Numbered from the stretch's first letter, positions 14,001 to 27,210 are shown. The stretch: 64,000 bases of DNA from Azolla caroliniana (GCA_043228905.1 JBHGNT010000003.1:1922001-1986000), one strand, 5' to 3'. The notes: generated by a model from the sequence alone, not told the origin. Made by a program: numbers and translations.

Positions 14001-15052
14001 CATTGAAGCTTCATATCCATCTCTAACATGCAAAATAGTTAACAAACTGTTTTTCAGACGTAATACTTAATCCATAAAACATCAACACTCATGTCTTTAA
14101 CAAAAAGTCCATCAAATTTAATCCTAGCATTGATTATCCTCTCTAGAAAAGTAAGATCTCCAAAGTTTTATATTACTGTAGCTGCAGATGCATTAATCGA
14201 TGCTTCTTGCAAGATCTGATGTACCTCACTTTTCTTTTCAGCCTGCCCAAAGAAACACAGAATTTATAAGCATTTAAGTAAATTAAGATCATTTCCTTCA
14301 ACCAAATCTTTGTACCAACGCAGATAAAATATAAAAAAATATTGCAGGCACCAAAAGAACAAATACTGAATTCCCATCAAATCATTATAATGCGGATCAA
14401 CTATGAAAAACCTTAGAAGCACGCAGAAGAAATATATTGCAGAATTCTTGTTAGTTAATTCCTTTCAACATCAATTCAGATTTTCTTCTTGTACTGACGT
14501 AGACCAATAGAAAAACTTATAAGCAGAGAAAATGAAGATGAACAAAGTTAGCATGGGCAAAAAAGATACTGAATGCTCACAGATTTCTTGTAGGCTTTCT
14601 TTTAGACTGAAAGAATAAGAATGATGAGAATTGAAGGAAAAAGGCACGAAGAAAGGATGAACGAAAGAGATGAAAAATAAAAAACTTACAGGGAAGACAA
14701 CGGTAACAGTGTTATGATTGTAAGGAAAAGCAACGAACACATTTGCAGGATCAACATCAAAATCCTTAATCTCAGACGAGATTCTTGCTGAAGCAGAAAG
14801 ACGTCGAGAAAGAAGAAGGCAATAATGATCGAGACGATCCAATGAATAATATTGGCAGTACTTGAAATTAGTCGAAGGAATCATGGCGTCTAAATCAGAT
14901 TGAAGATCAATACTCTTGACAGAATCGATGATTTGTGGTGAAGAAGAAGAAAGGAGAAGGTAACGGAAACCATGGTCGAGAGAGACGGGAGATACTGTTC
15001 GCAGAACGAAAGGGTTTCCGCAGAAAAGGCTTGCAGAAGAAGAAGACATCAT
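4801..15052 (-). CDS. Multi-exon gene: DUF4708 (C18orf63-like) domain protein with a C-terminal SAP domain
   Basis: ATG at 15052. Phase-compatible exons read by eye: ~12626-12480 (..KVKCIVFPSMREGFVS), ~12370-12307, 12167-12091 (FGPIIPREGFYIQVSF..RVW), 12010-11901 (FPSYLVLQRPGL), 10319-10248, 10150-10137, 10022-9909, 6289-6137, 5625-5254 and 4950-4801 (KLNDLTVPELKCFLSANKTKVSGRKEELIQRV = SAP motif, TAA). Some internal exons (11.2-11.8 kb, 12.7-14.7 kb) are uncertain. Confidence 0.68.
5385..5520 (-). repeat. Four ~33-bp coding tandem repeats (11-aa unit)
   Basis: MMVSPPANIAS / IIVSPQANMDA / MIVSPQENIAS / MIVCPQENVHF within the 5625-5254 exon. Confidence 0.8.
7017..8537. repeat. Long degenerate inverted repeat (foldback-like palindrome), centre ~7765
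   Basis: Perfect reverse-complement blocks at 7039-7052/8468-8481, 7199-7211/8314-8326, 7336-7349/8169-8182 and 7689-7708/7828-7847, all symmetric about ~7760-7768; loop about 35 bp. Confidence 0.85.
8026..8081. repeat. (AG)n microsatellite
   Basis: Pure AG dinucleotide run inside the right arm of the palindrome. Confidence 0.95.
8735..9848 (+). mobile_element. 5'-truncated, decayed RTE-like non-LTR retrotransposon
   Basis: LLLYVDDIVLISDTPKGLQNHLNDL..INVDKTKVMV (RT core), ERFCQLCHQREESLEHYVC (C-terminal Zn motif), (TCTT)n tail at ~9825-9848. Confidence 0.75.
10880..11110 (+). mobile_element. Short 3' fragment of an RTE-like LINE
   Basis: KTCTGCNEMQAEDEYHLLLVCSAYKVIHEKY, the C-x2-C..E.E.H....C motif of the non-LTR ORF2 C-terminus. 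Confidence 0.55.
13250..14140. repeat. Degenerate intronic tandem repeats (core ATCAATCAAGCTTCATAT) ending in a ~146-bp duplication at 13850-14137
   Basis: Recurring core motif; two related copies begin TGGTTCATTGAAGCTTCATATCCATCT and end ATTTAATCCTAGCATTGATTA. Confidence 0.7.
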
Positions 15053-15121
15053 AGCTGAGGAGCTTTGAAGCGAAACAAAACTCAGAATCTTTTTATTACT
15101 ATTGAATTTTGAAATCTGAAG

Positions 15122-15355
15122 TTTGATTCCATTCCATTCATCACCTTCAATTTCATCTCATTCCATTCCATTCCATCCCATTCCATTCCATTCATCACCT
15201 TCAATTTCATCTCATCTCATCTCATTCCATCCCATCCCATCCCATCCCATCCCATTGAAATTTGATTCCATTCCATTCATCACCTTCAATTTCAGCTCAT
15301 TCCATTCCATTTCGTCCCATCCCATTCCATTTGATCTCATTCCATTTCATTCCAC
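15122..15355. repeat. (ATTCC/ATCCC)n pentamer-based simple repeat with a higher-order unit
   Basis: Repeated ATTCCATTCATCACCTTCAATTTCA(T/G)CTCATTCC units just upstream of the DUF4708 gene start. Confidence 0.85.
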
Positions 15356-15394
15356 TTTAATACAGGATCAACAAGAGAAAGAAAGGCGTTATTC

Positions 15395-15602
15395 GTTCAT
15401 CTTCCTATATATCTACTCAATTAGACCATTTCATTTCTAGACAAAACTGAGTGAGCTTGAACAAAAAGAAAAGTGGATACACCTATTAACATTTAGGTTC
15501 ATCTTCCTATATATCTACTCAATTAGACCATTTCATTTCTAGACAAAACTGAGTGAGCTTGAACAAAAAGAAAAGTGGATACACCTATTAACATTTAGGT
15601 TC
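15395..15602. repeat. Perfect 102-bp tandem duplication
   Basis: GTTCATCTTCCTATATATC...CCTATTAACATTTAG begins at 15395 and again at 15497. Confidence 0.92.
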
Positions 15603-15699
15603 GAGATATCAACAAGCTCTTTACCTACAAGAGATCTGTTATGCAATGCTAATCATAATAGTGAAGGTTACATTATGATTCTCATTAAATACATGTCGG

Positions 15700-16450
15700 T
15701 GAAGAGCACCACCACAAACATTAGGAAATACTAACACATTCCCACCGACAATACCTTAGGTATGGGGTGTTGGTAATCATGGTAAAAAGATGCATATATG
15801 ACATTCTTGGAATATTTCCTTAACACATATGAAGCACTAACCTTTTTTCCATCGCCATACAGCAGCAACACATTGAAGACATTGAACAATTTTTCAATAG
15901 CATTAAACATTATAATCTAAAATGTAACAACTTTTGATGTCAACACTTCATAATCTCTCATGTTAATATTGTAGTCGTTGAGCCTACCAACCATGATACA
16001 AAATTTTGATCAATTATGTCTCTAGTTCATGTGAAATATATTCAATCTTAGGACATTCACCTTGTAGTTATGACGAGTGAATAAATTTTGGTCAAGTCCT
16101 ACTCCCACCCACTATCATCTTAAGTATCCAATATGAAGGGGCAACCATGTGACCTTGCCACACCCTTGCTTTCTCTCTTTACAAGATTTATATACATAAC
16201 AATCATGTATAGGCAAGGCACTGTGGACATGTAGGCGAGTCAAATCCCATCATTTTACAACTACTTTCAATGGTGTGAAAAGGTTGTATGGCCATGTAGT
16301 CATACATGTGGAAAGACGACAATGAAGAAGGCATATTGATATGGCATTTCCAATGACACTTCATATTTGAATATCTTAGCAGCAAAGAAACAAAACATGT
16401 AAGTAACATCTCCAAACATCGATCCCCTTCAATGGTGAATCAAACAACTC
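15700..16450 (-). pseudogene. Possible decayed PPR gene remnant
   Basis: PPR-like fragments VIGNAI (~16357-16340), DQNFVSW (~16011-15991) and MAMEKRLVLH; many stops and frameshifts. Confidence 0.3.
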
Positions 16451-16888
16451 TTGCATCAAATGTTTGTATTGGATAGCTGTATTCCAATGGAATAAATTTA
16501 CCAGTGTTATAAATGTCAACTACATCATTCATTTAATAAAGTTCACCTCTATTTCAAGAGGACGTCTAAACCTTTTCAATTCTAGAGTATGGATAATATA
16601 ATTCATGTCTACAGTACTTCTGAATTCAGTATCTATTTAAAATAATTTATCATGCATAGATACTTTACACCACTCACCCAAAAGTATTCATGCTATCATG
16701 AATCGACGCAACTTGATAAAAGCATTCCACACAATCAAATACTTAAATTGAAGACGCAAAAACATAAATCTCAAACAAACTATAGCATCTACTAGCAACA
16801 CATAAAAAGCCAAATTTCATTCATTTTGAAGCAAAATTCTCTAGGGATACTCATATCCAAAGACATTGCTGTACCTTTACAATCAACA

Positions 16889-17078
16889 TCAGAGTATTAT
16901 CCATGTCAAATACAATTAACATAGTAAGAAGTGATGCAAAACTCAACAACTCACTTATTTGAATGTTTGTACATATGGCAAACGTCAGAGTATTATCCAT
17001 GTCAAATACAATTAACATAGTAAGAAGTGATGCAAAACTCAACAACTCACTTATTTGAACGTTTGTACATATGGCAAA
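16889..17078. repeat. Near-perfect 96-bp tandem duplication
   Basis: TCAGAGTATTATCCATGTC...GTACATATGGCAAA begins at 16889 and again at 16985. Confidence 0.9.
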
Positions 17079-17391
17079 AAGCATGAGCAATGTAGATCAT
17101 AGATAAAGTTGAGATGTGAATGAGTGTCTAAAACCAGAGTTGTAAAATCAATTATATACGAGTGTTATGAACAACAGAAAAATCCTCCAATGTGAAAGAA
17201 TGCTCTTCCGGTCAATTGATATGACCATCCTCATAGGTCTTTTTACATAAATAAGAGTTTTTTGAAGTGTACAAGACTTTTAGCAGAAAAACTCTTTACA
17301 ATCTTTAGCGATCCTTCAAAAAATCGTTGCAAACCTGTTGTGGGCCCAAAAATTATAGGAATTACAAGTGCCTTCTATCATCATATATAGT

Positions 17392-20300
17392 TTAGAGAGG
17401 ATCTTTCTCATCAACTGCAGTTTGCTTTGCAGCTTCATCACTCCCCTCTTTTCCATGCAAGGGTAATACATCTGCTTCAGCACTCTGTTGGTCTGACACT
17501 TCAGGTTGATTATCAGAACTTGGTTTCCCCTGTGTCACAAAATTATGACATTAGACAGATTTGCTTTCAGTACTAAAAGATGCAAACTAAATCAAATTAC
17601 TTCATCAATCCAATAAGTTAAAACTTAAATGACACTACATTTTCTATCCAGAGGATAAGATATGGAAGGGAGGAACTCCCCCAAATATCCCTGTTCTTTT
17701 CTTTATTTTCCCTATTCGTTTCCATTTTATTTACCCAAATGCCCTTGGTCACCATACAATTGACCAAATAGCATATATGATTCCTAGAGAGGGAGTCATT
17801 TTAAGAAAAAACGAAAAACTCGGTTATTTCAGAGTTTCTCAATATAGATTCTAGAATAATCTCAGGTACCTTCATCATGTCTCTCCATGAAAGGGAGAAT
17901 CGTCTTGTCAACGATCCCTGATTTGGTGATATGTTACCATGCTGTGAATCACTTCCAATATCATTAACCTTTTCTGCTGCTGGAGAACCAGAATCACTAG
18001 ATCTGATTTTCACAATATCAGTTCATATGCACATTATGTACTTAATAACTGAAAAAACAAAATAAGTTTGAAACAATAAAGATAAACATACTTTGATGTA
18101 TTCCGCGACCACAACCATCGTGAGGGTTCATCTCCTTGTGTTGATCGTTTGGAAGGGCCACCACTTAAAGCCTCATACTGCAACGTCGCATTGAGCATAC
18201 TCTCAGCCATTGCAGTTCGTTTCTCCAGCTCTTTGAGAGAAGCAGTTGCAGCTTCATACTTAGTCTGGTAAAATAAATAGATGATGTTAATGTTTCATAA
18301 AATCTGTATGACTCACCTTATCTTACTGCCTAAGATATGGTTATATAAAGAAAACAGGATACGAGTTAGATCAATTTACAGCAGTTTCACATGGCACTAT
18401 CATACTTCTGACAAGTTAACGTTTTTATTTTTTCTGTATTCTTTCTTTTCAGTGCTTACACATTATAGCTTTACTATATAGTCCATTGTTGCTTGAACTT
18501 TCACCTAGGATCACAGATTCTTTTTGTAAACTTGTAAGTCCTTCAGAGTTGGGCTACATTTGAAGCAGTTGTGAAAGAAAAATTATTCAGAGTTGGGCTT
18601 ACACATCTTTAAAAGGATTTCATCACTTCATTGAAATTTGTGATAGATACTTTTACCACATCAAAATGTTACTTATTACCATTGCTCACCAAGGGCACTG
18701 TACTAAGATTACGCTTGGAAAGTTTTTGTAAACTCTGAATTATAGGATTTACAGGAGAATTGCTCTGATTTTTTCACTTTATGTCTTGATTTCTAAATTC
18801 AGAAAAAGAGAGTGAAAGAAAAATTGTGATTTGCATCTGATTGCTTGTTCTTCTTCTTATGCTTTCGTTCATTTCTTTTTCTAAGTAAATCCACTTAATT
18901 GGGTATATATACGAAGATAAATATATATGATGTTTGAAGGTTATGAAGTCATAACTATATATACGAAGATAAATATATATGATATATGAAGAATAGAATG
19001 TTGGGCATATTCTTGCAAGACATCAAGTGATATCAAGGAATTTTAGAGTTAGCTCAAGCTCCAACCCAAATAGTTTTTGGTCAAGACAGATGAAACTAGC
19101 CAATGGTTCTCTCCAGGTGAACTCGAAGTCACTTCTAGTCCAAAAGATTGCAGTTAGTAACACGGGAAGTATTAAACACCGAATGATCTAATGTACAGGT
19201 GGTTTTCACTCAGTGATCACTTCAGAGAAGCAGGCCAATAAATGAAGAGAATTTAAAAATATTTTCATCACTTGCTAGATGTTACTTCCAAATCAGCAAA
19301 ATCCTCAAATGAAAGTTTGGTCACATTTTACAAAAAAGCATTAGGTGAATTTGGAGGGTGACTATAGTGCAACATTACATGTTTGTTTGAGTCTGTATTT
19401 GAGATTCATCTTGTCCCCAAACAAATTTTCCATGTTAACAACTTGCACGGGGTTTTACTAATTTCTGAGAAGGTTGAAAAACATTACCACTCTATGTCAG
19501 ACTACCCCTCCTAACCACCAAACCAAGCTCAATGTTGAATAACATTGAGAGCCAAAAACTCTTCTAATTAACTCATTTCATTTCTATTCCTTTTGTGGTT
19601 CTCACAGATGAGACAACAAATTCAGTTTGCCCGTAGGTCATTTAACACACCTCCTTTCCTTTCTAATACATTATCAAGACATAAAAATGGCAAAAAGGAA
19701 TTTGACGAAATAAGATGAATGAATACCTCCAATTCATTCAAAAGTTTACGCTGAGTTTTGGCATCCTCTTCAGCAAATCTTCTAACATCCTCAGTAAGTT
19801 TTTGTTCATGCTCCATTCGCACCATCACCTAAATCATGACACACCAAAATCAGCAAGTCAATCCCTTCACAACCATAACCCAGCTGTCTGGGGTCATTGC
19901 TATTGTTCATAACCATGTAACATCAGATCATCCAACATTAGGTACACACATCACAAGGGAATGTTACACAGTGCCCATATGAAATTTTTTGACTTTTTAA
20001 AATTTGAAACGGGCATCAATGTAGCATGCAGATTCTTCTAAATCTGGTGTGATAAAAAGCTACAATTGTCAGTTCACATTACTAATATTGTCACAATTTG
20101 TAAGCAACCTTGATTCTCATAAAGAAACATATCTGGTGGAATGCTTCTAAGTGGGAACTCCAGATCCTTTAGTGACAAGTTCCAATAGAAAACCAACATC
20201 TACTGCTTAGATGAAGCATGATAGTAGATTACAGGAGATTGATCTCAAGGCAGAGTAAGGTAACCTGCCTCACCAGGAACAAAACTTTGAAAAATGTATC

Positions 20301-23300
20301 TATTTTTGGAAGCTTATGTTCTCCACTATTTATGTTTAAATTCCTAACGAGGCTTAAGATCCATTTCGATCAACATTACAGATTTTCACATTTAACTGAA
20401 GCCGAGATAAATTGGCATGAATTATTTGACTTCTAGCGGATCTCAACAGCCCTCTCACTGTGGTTCACTAAAGCGTTCTGGATGGTTTTACACAGTTGCC
20501 TCAAATTGGTCCCATATTCATTGTAAGGGACATATTAGGATCACAAATCTCCATTCACGCTCTAAAGTGAAATGGGAGAGATATATTAGGACAGAACACA
20601 ATTATAAAATTCCAGCCATACAATAAAAGAATACACCAACATATATTAGCTCCAAAGCATTGCGTCTCTAGAGGTATACGCACAACCAGGCAGACTATGT
20701 ACAACAGTACAAAATCTGCAAGATTTTCGAGCATACTCCTGACTTTTCTGAAATCCTAATTTCTATCCATTCATAATCAACCAAGGAAAGCTAACAAACA
20801 CTATCTGCCATAAAGTTGTGAACCATAGACTGCAGGTGGGAAGATGGGTATTATAGATATCTACAGAAATGTGTAGGGGTGGGTGAGAAGATGGGTATTA
20901 CACATGTGATCCTAATCATAAGAGCACTTACACTCACATGATTTACAATACTTACAGGTATAGATTTTTTATCAAATTTCTCTGTACATGTGAGACAGGT
21001 CATTATTAGGCACAAATGGGTACATACACCATCTCTTTGGCTTTCATTCATCTTCTACAGTTATCTAGTAATACCTCTGACCACCCTGCGCCATATTATG
21101 GTTTGGTTTAAACAAAATTGCTTTACCAATTTAAGTATATTTATTTTGGTTTGAGGTGCTCAAAGATGAGAAAATTTTAGGATTTAACCTCTCTTTCAGA
21201 CCTAAATGCCATTTTGGCCTCTTAAAATATGTCAGTATGCCTTTCTTTCTGGTTCTTACTTTCTTATATTGTTTCCTTTTCTCTTGACAAATATCCACGT
21301 GATGATTTCAAGAGTTAAACACGTCCTCATAAATTCTTCGGTACAGAGAAATTAGGAGAGTATAACAGGGACTACTGTACTTTCCCCTTATTTTCTATCC
21401 ACTGTTTTATATGTTTCAAGTTTTGGATATCTTTGCAATGATTTCAAAATATATTTCTGTCTTGTATATGCTTTTCAAATTATTTTCATTCTATAGAGTT
21501 GTTTACACAAAGAAAATAGAGTATAAGAAGCATCTAGCATTATTGTACCCCTAACTTCCCACATCTAAGAATGGGTTCTTTTACTACCCATCATTACCTT
21601 GAGATATGCCCAACTTTGATTTAGTTTTACCCAGTTAACTCAATTTCGTATATGCATAGAAAATTAATGTATTCGTATGTACATGTGTTTTGATATTACA
21701 TCTTACGCTTCATACTTAATTGTTCCTTAGTCAATTGTAAATACTCATAAACAAAAATATAACTTTTTTGACTTGGACTCATGACACATTAAGAATGCCC
21801 ATTAATCTTTTCACAAATGCAGTCAAAATTCAGGCATATGGGTGTGCATTAAATTAATAAGGCACCTTACATACCTGAACCATTGCCTGCTCTTGCTCTA
21901 CCTTGTCTTTGAGTGCTTGTTTCAAATAAGCTACTTCTGACTGTAGTGTTTCTACCTGCCAATTTCTAGTTCAAAATCATTTCAGATAAGAGAATCACCT
22001 AAATTGATAGAATAGAGTCTTTTCTTATGAAAGTTTCAATGTTAGATATCAACATAAGTCATGAAAGTGTATTCTTATTAAAAAACACATCATGCAGTAT
22101 AAGTCCAAATAGAAATTGGAGATGAAAAGGAGAGTTCTAGCTGAATTTCAACCATATTTTCCCAGAGGGTAGAGTCTTGGTTTACCTACACTAAAGGCAG
22201 TGAAAAGGCAAGCAGCATGCAAAACATTTTTATCAACTTAATCATCCATCACTACGAGATCTATCACCCAAATCAATCAATCAAAAAGTAGCAGGCAAAC
22301 CAAAAGAATACTAGTTGTTGAGTAAGCATCTTAGAAAAACATAAAAATCCTTCCTTCATAATCACACTCCACAAACATAAAAATCCTGCTTTCATAACCT
22401 TTGCAGAGAGCAATCTCCTGTTGTCTTCTTTCACAAGCTCCATGAAAGCACTTTCCAGCTCCTCTGCCCTGATAATGGTCAAGAAAATTTATGTCACTGG
22501 AATTATATTTAAGAATTCTACATGTCTGAAATTATTCCGAACCTGAGATTTGCTGCTCTTCCTTCCTCAAGAGCTATAGAAAGCTCCAGTTTCAAAAACT
22601 TGACCTGCATATCATTAATAAACAAAATTTCAGGTATTGATAAAAAATCTGAAAATGATTGTTATTTCTTGTCAATAATAATTACCTGATTTACTAGGTC
22701 GGACAGTAGAGTCTTGGTATCTATCGCTCCATTCAGGATGTCATCATCCAATAGTATCTCATCATCTCTATACTTCAAACTAGCATAGTTGTCACTATCC
22801 TTATAGAACTCATGAGCAGAATCTCCAATTGACATTGGTTTATTTGCAGATTCTTGATTGTGAATGGCATTTTTTGTTTTGTCATAATTACATAGTTTCG
22901 ATGAGAATGCGATTGGCCCATAAGCTTCATGCCATATAGATTCATCAATCACACGACCAGAAAACTTTGCTAGAACTATAGGGCGATATTTCATTCGCAA
23001 CTCTTGTAACTGTGACTCGTTTATAGACTGGTATCCCACACAAGCAGTTAATACTAGCTGACTGCTATCAAATGTTGAAGATGCCAATGACTGTAGCATT
23101 GTCACAGCATCTCCAGCATCTTTTGTTGTCATGATTGCTGAACCTGTAGAGTTGAGAAACACTTTCAGCACAAAACCTATTTACAAGCAGAGGTGTGGAT
23201 TTTAAAAGAAAGGAAGCTTAAGCAAAGTGAATAATTCAAACATATTTACCAAGCACAACGTGTGGGTTTTAAAAGAGAATTTCAAACAAGACAGTAGTAC

Positions 23301-26174
23301 CATAAAGCTCCATTAGAGCAAGTGTTGTCCTGAACAGCATGCAACGATTTCCTTCATACAAAAGAACATCCCATACTCGCAATACTGTGCAGTCATCCAT
23401 GAAAATTAGATTTAATCAGAGCCAATTTTATATGAATAATGAAGAGATAAGAGCAAGATATGGGTATACAGTTATCAAATTTTTTATTGCATTACTCAAT
23501 AGCATACAACACATGATCAAGCCTTAGCTTGCATTTAACCATGGGCTCTTCATGAACACGTAAAGAGAAATCACTACTATTAAATGTGAGAACTTGACCC
23601 ATCAACAGAAAAAGAAAAACTGCATCTGAATCAAGCAGCAAATCATTCTTCAGACAGTCAGGGTACTTGTTCACTTGATATGTGGCAGGGCATTTATTTA
23701 GTCATAATTAACAGAAGCATTAACTCTATCTGCCAGTGTACTTGTTCACATCCTGGGTATCAAAGCATAAATACTCCACTAAACATTTATATAATATGTA
23801 TACTCTGTCCATATGTATGTATTTAACTCAATGAACAACAGAACATAAGACAAAACATTAGCGTTGCCATACCACTTTCCCACGGCAGAATATTTACAAA
23901 TATGGATAAGAACCAAGGGCCTGTAATCCATGCCACCTGAACTCCAAGTGTGTCAAGATGATTCACTGCAAAAATAACAAATTTAATTAAAATGTATGTT
24001 TTCATTTCTAGACATTTGATGTACTTTGCATATTTATTTAATTATCTTGAGAAAAAAGGGCTTTTGTTAATTGTGTACTTATAATTCCAAACCAAAACCT
24101 ATCAGGCACTCACTTAGCCTTGGAAAGTGCTTCTGAACCAACTCCTCTAGAATCAATTGGTCAACCTAATATAAAAGTGCCACACGTCAAGACTTCACAA
24201 TAATTTGATGTTTTTTTCTTCTCCAGCAATACCGTTAGAACTGAAAATACCATTAACATGGAGGAGTCAACAGATCAGACCTGAGATTCCAACATTTTCT
24301 CTGAATAGTATCCCTCAAAGCAGTCATCTAATACACCTGTCAAAGTCCTGTGAATAGAGCAATCAATACCAAGTTGACATACTGGAGATCTACAAATCCT
24401 TCAAAAGCAGGATGTGTGAAAGAATTACCAAAATGCATTGTCTTCTGGCATCATCAAAAGAAGGAGCCCTGCAAAGAAATTCATTGCCTAAAAATAGAAA
24501 CATACACACACTGTTATAATCCTTGAATAATATAAAAGTGGAATACCGTTCAAAGAAATTTCATGATTCCTTATTCAACATAATGGAATCGCTAGATTTT
24601 AATGATCACTAACAGACAAATCAGAGCAAAATCCACAAATTGAATGTTTATCCGAGAACGGATAAGGGGCCTTTAATTAACAGAAAGCAAAGGAAACGAG
24701 ACCTTTGGCACTGCAATTACAGCGATAATCATCTACTCATGAAATGTAGAATGCTCAATAAGTCTCTAAAAACTAAAATACCTGGCAATATCCAACATTA
24801 GGATTATGACGAGCATATGCAGTTAAAAGTCGTCGAAGTGAATTTCTACCATCCTCCCCTAATGCTGGATGGCCTGGAAAAGTCCTGGGTAAGTCCTACA
24901 TCATGCAAAAATCCACATCATTCTTCAACCAAAACCATATGATTCCAGGAGAGTGGAAAGGAAGAAAAAGTATTTGGACACCTTCTCGATCTGGTTAGTC
25001 CATTTCTCGATAATTCCTGTGTCAGATACTTTGAAATCTGAAGAGGTCTTGTTACAGAGACCACCTGAGCCATTACTGTCCCCACCTCCATCAGCTAAGA
25101 GTGTTAGAAGTGCCTGGTAATGACCATGTACTCTTCGTGCACTTGATCCCATGAAAACCTGCCATACCTGTTCACAAAATACAAAGAATCTGACTAAATT
25201 CAATTCATGATATGAATGAATACATGGGCACCTCAAAATGCAAGTATCAGATGTTAGAAATTCAAAAGATCAGTTTAAACTCTGATGATCCAAAAACATT
25301 AAGGCATTCAAATATAAGTGTAGTTTCATTTCCTGATGTGCAAAATGCAGGCATCCCAATGTGAATCCAATACGTATGTTCAATTCCCAATATCTATCAG
25401 TAAGAAGCCACCTTACCTCACCCCTCATAGCCATGGGCACACCTCCTCGAACCAGAGCATCAAGCTCTTCTTTCCAGGGACAAGGATCTTCTTCATGATC
25501 ACTTACTTCATTAGATTCTTCAGTGAGATAACCTGCTGAACTATGAGTTTCTTGGGCCATATCAGATCTCTCCACATCATAAAACTCATCATCAGATTCA
25601 TCCTCTGACTCTCTTTGGCTTGATGATTGATAGATCTCTCCCTGACCAGCAACTGATCCATTGTTCACTTGAGCATCTTTCTTCTTCTTTTTAAAGCGAT
25701 GTTGCAAAGCTCTTGCCACAGGATAAAGACTTGGTCGTATCTCATTCCATGTCTCGAATTTCTTAGATTCTCCCTTCTCTCTTGCATGATAATATTCTTT
25801 CCTAGGACTTTCACTAGCATCATCAAGTGATTCTACTGTTGACTCACAATAGGTTTTTAAAAACTGCTCCCATCTTGCTGATCGTTCTGCCTCCTCTTTC
25901 TACAAAGAAAACCCAAGTGAATGCACAACAACATAATCACAAAAAATACTCTCTGTAATATTTTAATTATTGAATGTACCTCATAAATAACAGCATACTC
26001 TTTGTAGCGTTTTAGATGATGAGGTCGGACGGTGAACCCATAAATATCCCTGTACTCTTTTCTTTATCTCGTCAGTACAAAGCAATGTATTTCAATGAAA
26101 TGAAATGTGGAATGTGAAATGCTTAAGTAAAAACGTCACCTTGTGAGCTCAATGTGGTTGCTACATTTTTCCAT
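17392..26174 (-). CDS. TBC-domain Rab GTPase-activating protein (plant Ypt/Rab-GAP gyp1p family), multi-exon
   Basis: [12 protein letters not shown]|[18 protein letters not shown]..|[14 protein letters not shown]; [20 protein letters not shown]; R-finger [16 protein letters not shown]; Q-finger [23 protein letters not shown]; [19 protein letters not shown]; C-terminal coiled coil [20 protein letters not shown]; canonical GT-AG junctions; stop TAA at 17394-17392. Confidence 0.92.
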
Positions 26175-26309
26175 TGCTTCATTGGGGTCAAAAACACCTT
26201 ACAGCATGAACCCCATTGCCCATAGATCTATCTTTCTTCCTCTCGCTATCCTTGAACTCTTCATATTTGAGTCTAGAGCGATCAAATAAGAGATTAACGA
26301 GGTCAAAAA

Positions 26310-27210
26310 GTTCAGCATTTAAGCTGTCCTCGTAAATATGAGGTCAGATTGTTTAATCTTCAAAACCCAAAAATTGCAGATAGAGTTCAGCAAAAGACAC
26401 GTGAGACAATAGATGCTAGAAGCCTAAAGGCGGGAGTATGGGAAGAGAGTAGTCAGCCAGAATTATAAAAGATCAGTGAGTTTTCCATTTCAGCTGATTT
26501 TCAGGTAGTTCTGTGACACATCATTTATTTTCATGGCCAAATTATCGAGATATCAAAGTTCCAACTTTTTTGCCATTTAAGCTGTTCTCAATAGATTCAA
26601 AGACAGATCCTTTACTTTCATAACCTACACTATTTGCAGAAAGGGACCAAAATTCAAGAGAATATTGCGATTTTAAGTTGATCTTCAGGCAAATTTCAGG
26701 GCGGGCGATAATCTAAATATTGCAGAAAGAGAAATATGATATTTATTAACGTGATCTTGAAATAAACTCAAAACGAAGATAATTTCAACTTTACAACAAG
26801 AAAATTGTGATCTTCACTGCATTCAAAGATAGATCATTTAGCTCCATAACCTAAAAACTAAGTAAACACGTCGAGTTCAAAACACGTGTCATATATTAAG
26901 CCGATCTTAGGTAATTTCAAAAGGCAGATCATTTTATTGTCATAACCAAAAAATCACAGAAAGAGTTCAAAATTCAAACTAAGTGTGCTTACTAAGGCGT
27001 TCTTCAAGGTAAAATCCAAAAGATAGATCATTTTAACTTCATCAACAACAAACTGCAGATGGAGCTCAAAAGTGATTTTCCATTCAAGGACAGATCACAT
27101 ACCTTCATAACAGAAATTCTTTGCAGAAGAACTCACGGTTTATGGAAACATTTTGACATTTAAGCTGTAAATTCAAGGATGGATCATACTATCACCATAA
27201 CCTAAAGTTG
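26310..27210. repeat. About ten degenerate ~90-bp tandem units upstream of the TBC start (probable 5'UTR intron)
   Basis: Recurring ATTTAAGCTG..ATTCAAAG(A/G)CAGATCATTT..CATAACC..TTGCAGAAAGAG motifs. Confidence 0.6.

Noticed and set aside
15123-15440. 105-aa ORF rich in HPIPF
   Set aside because: It is a translation of the (ATTCC)n repeat.
1638-26174. Rab GTPase and RabGAP as a functional gene cluster
   Set aside because: Both families are large, another gene lies between them, and nothing in the sequence indicates co-regulation; proximity is probably chance.
13250-27210. CRISPR-like arrays in the repeated intronic motifs
   Set aside because: Units are degenerate along their whole length, with no identical repeats separated by unique spacers; the context is eukaryotic and there are no cas genes.
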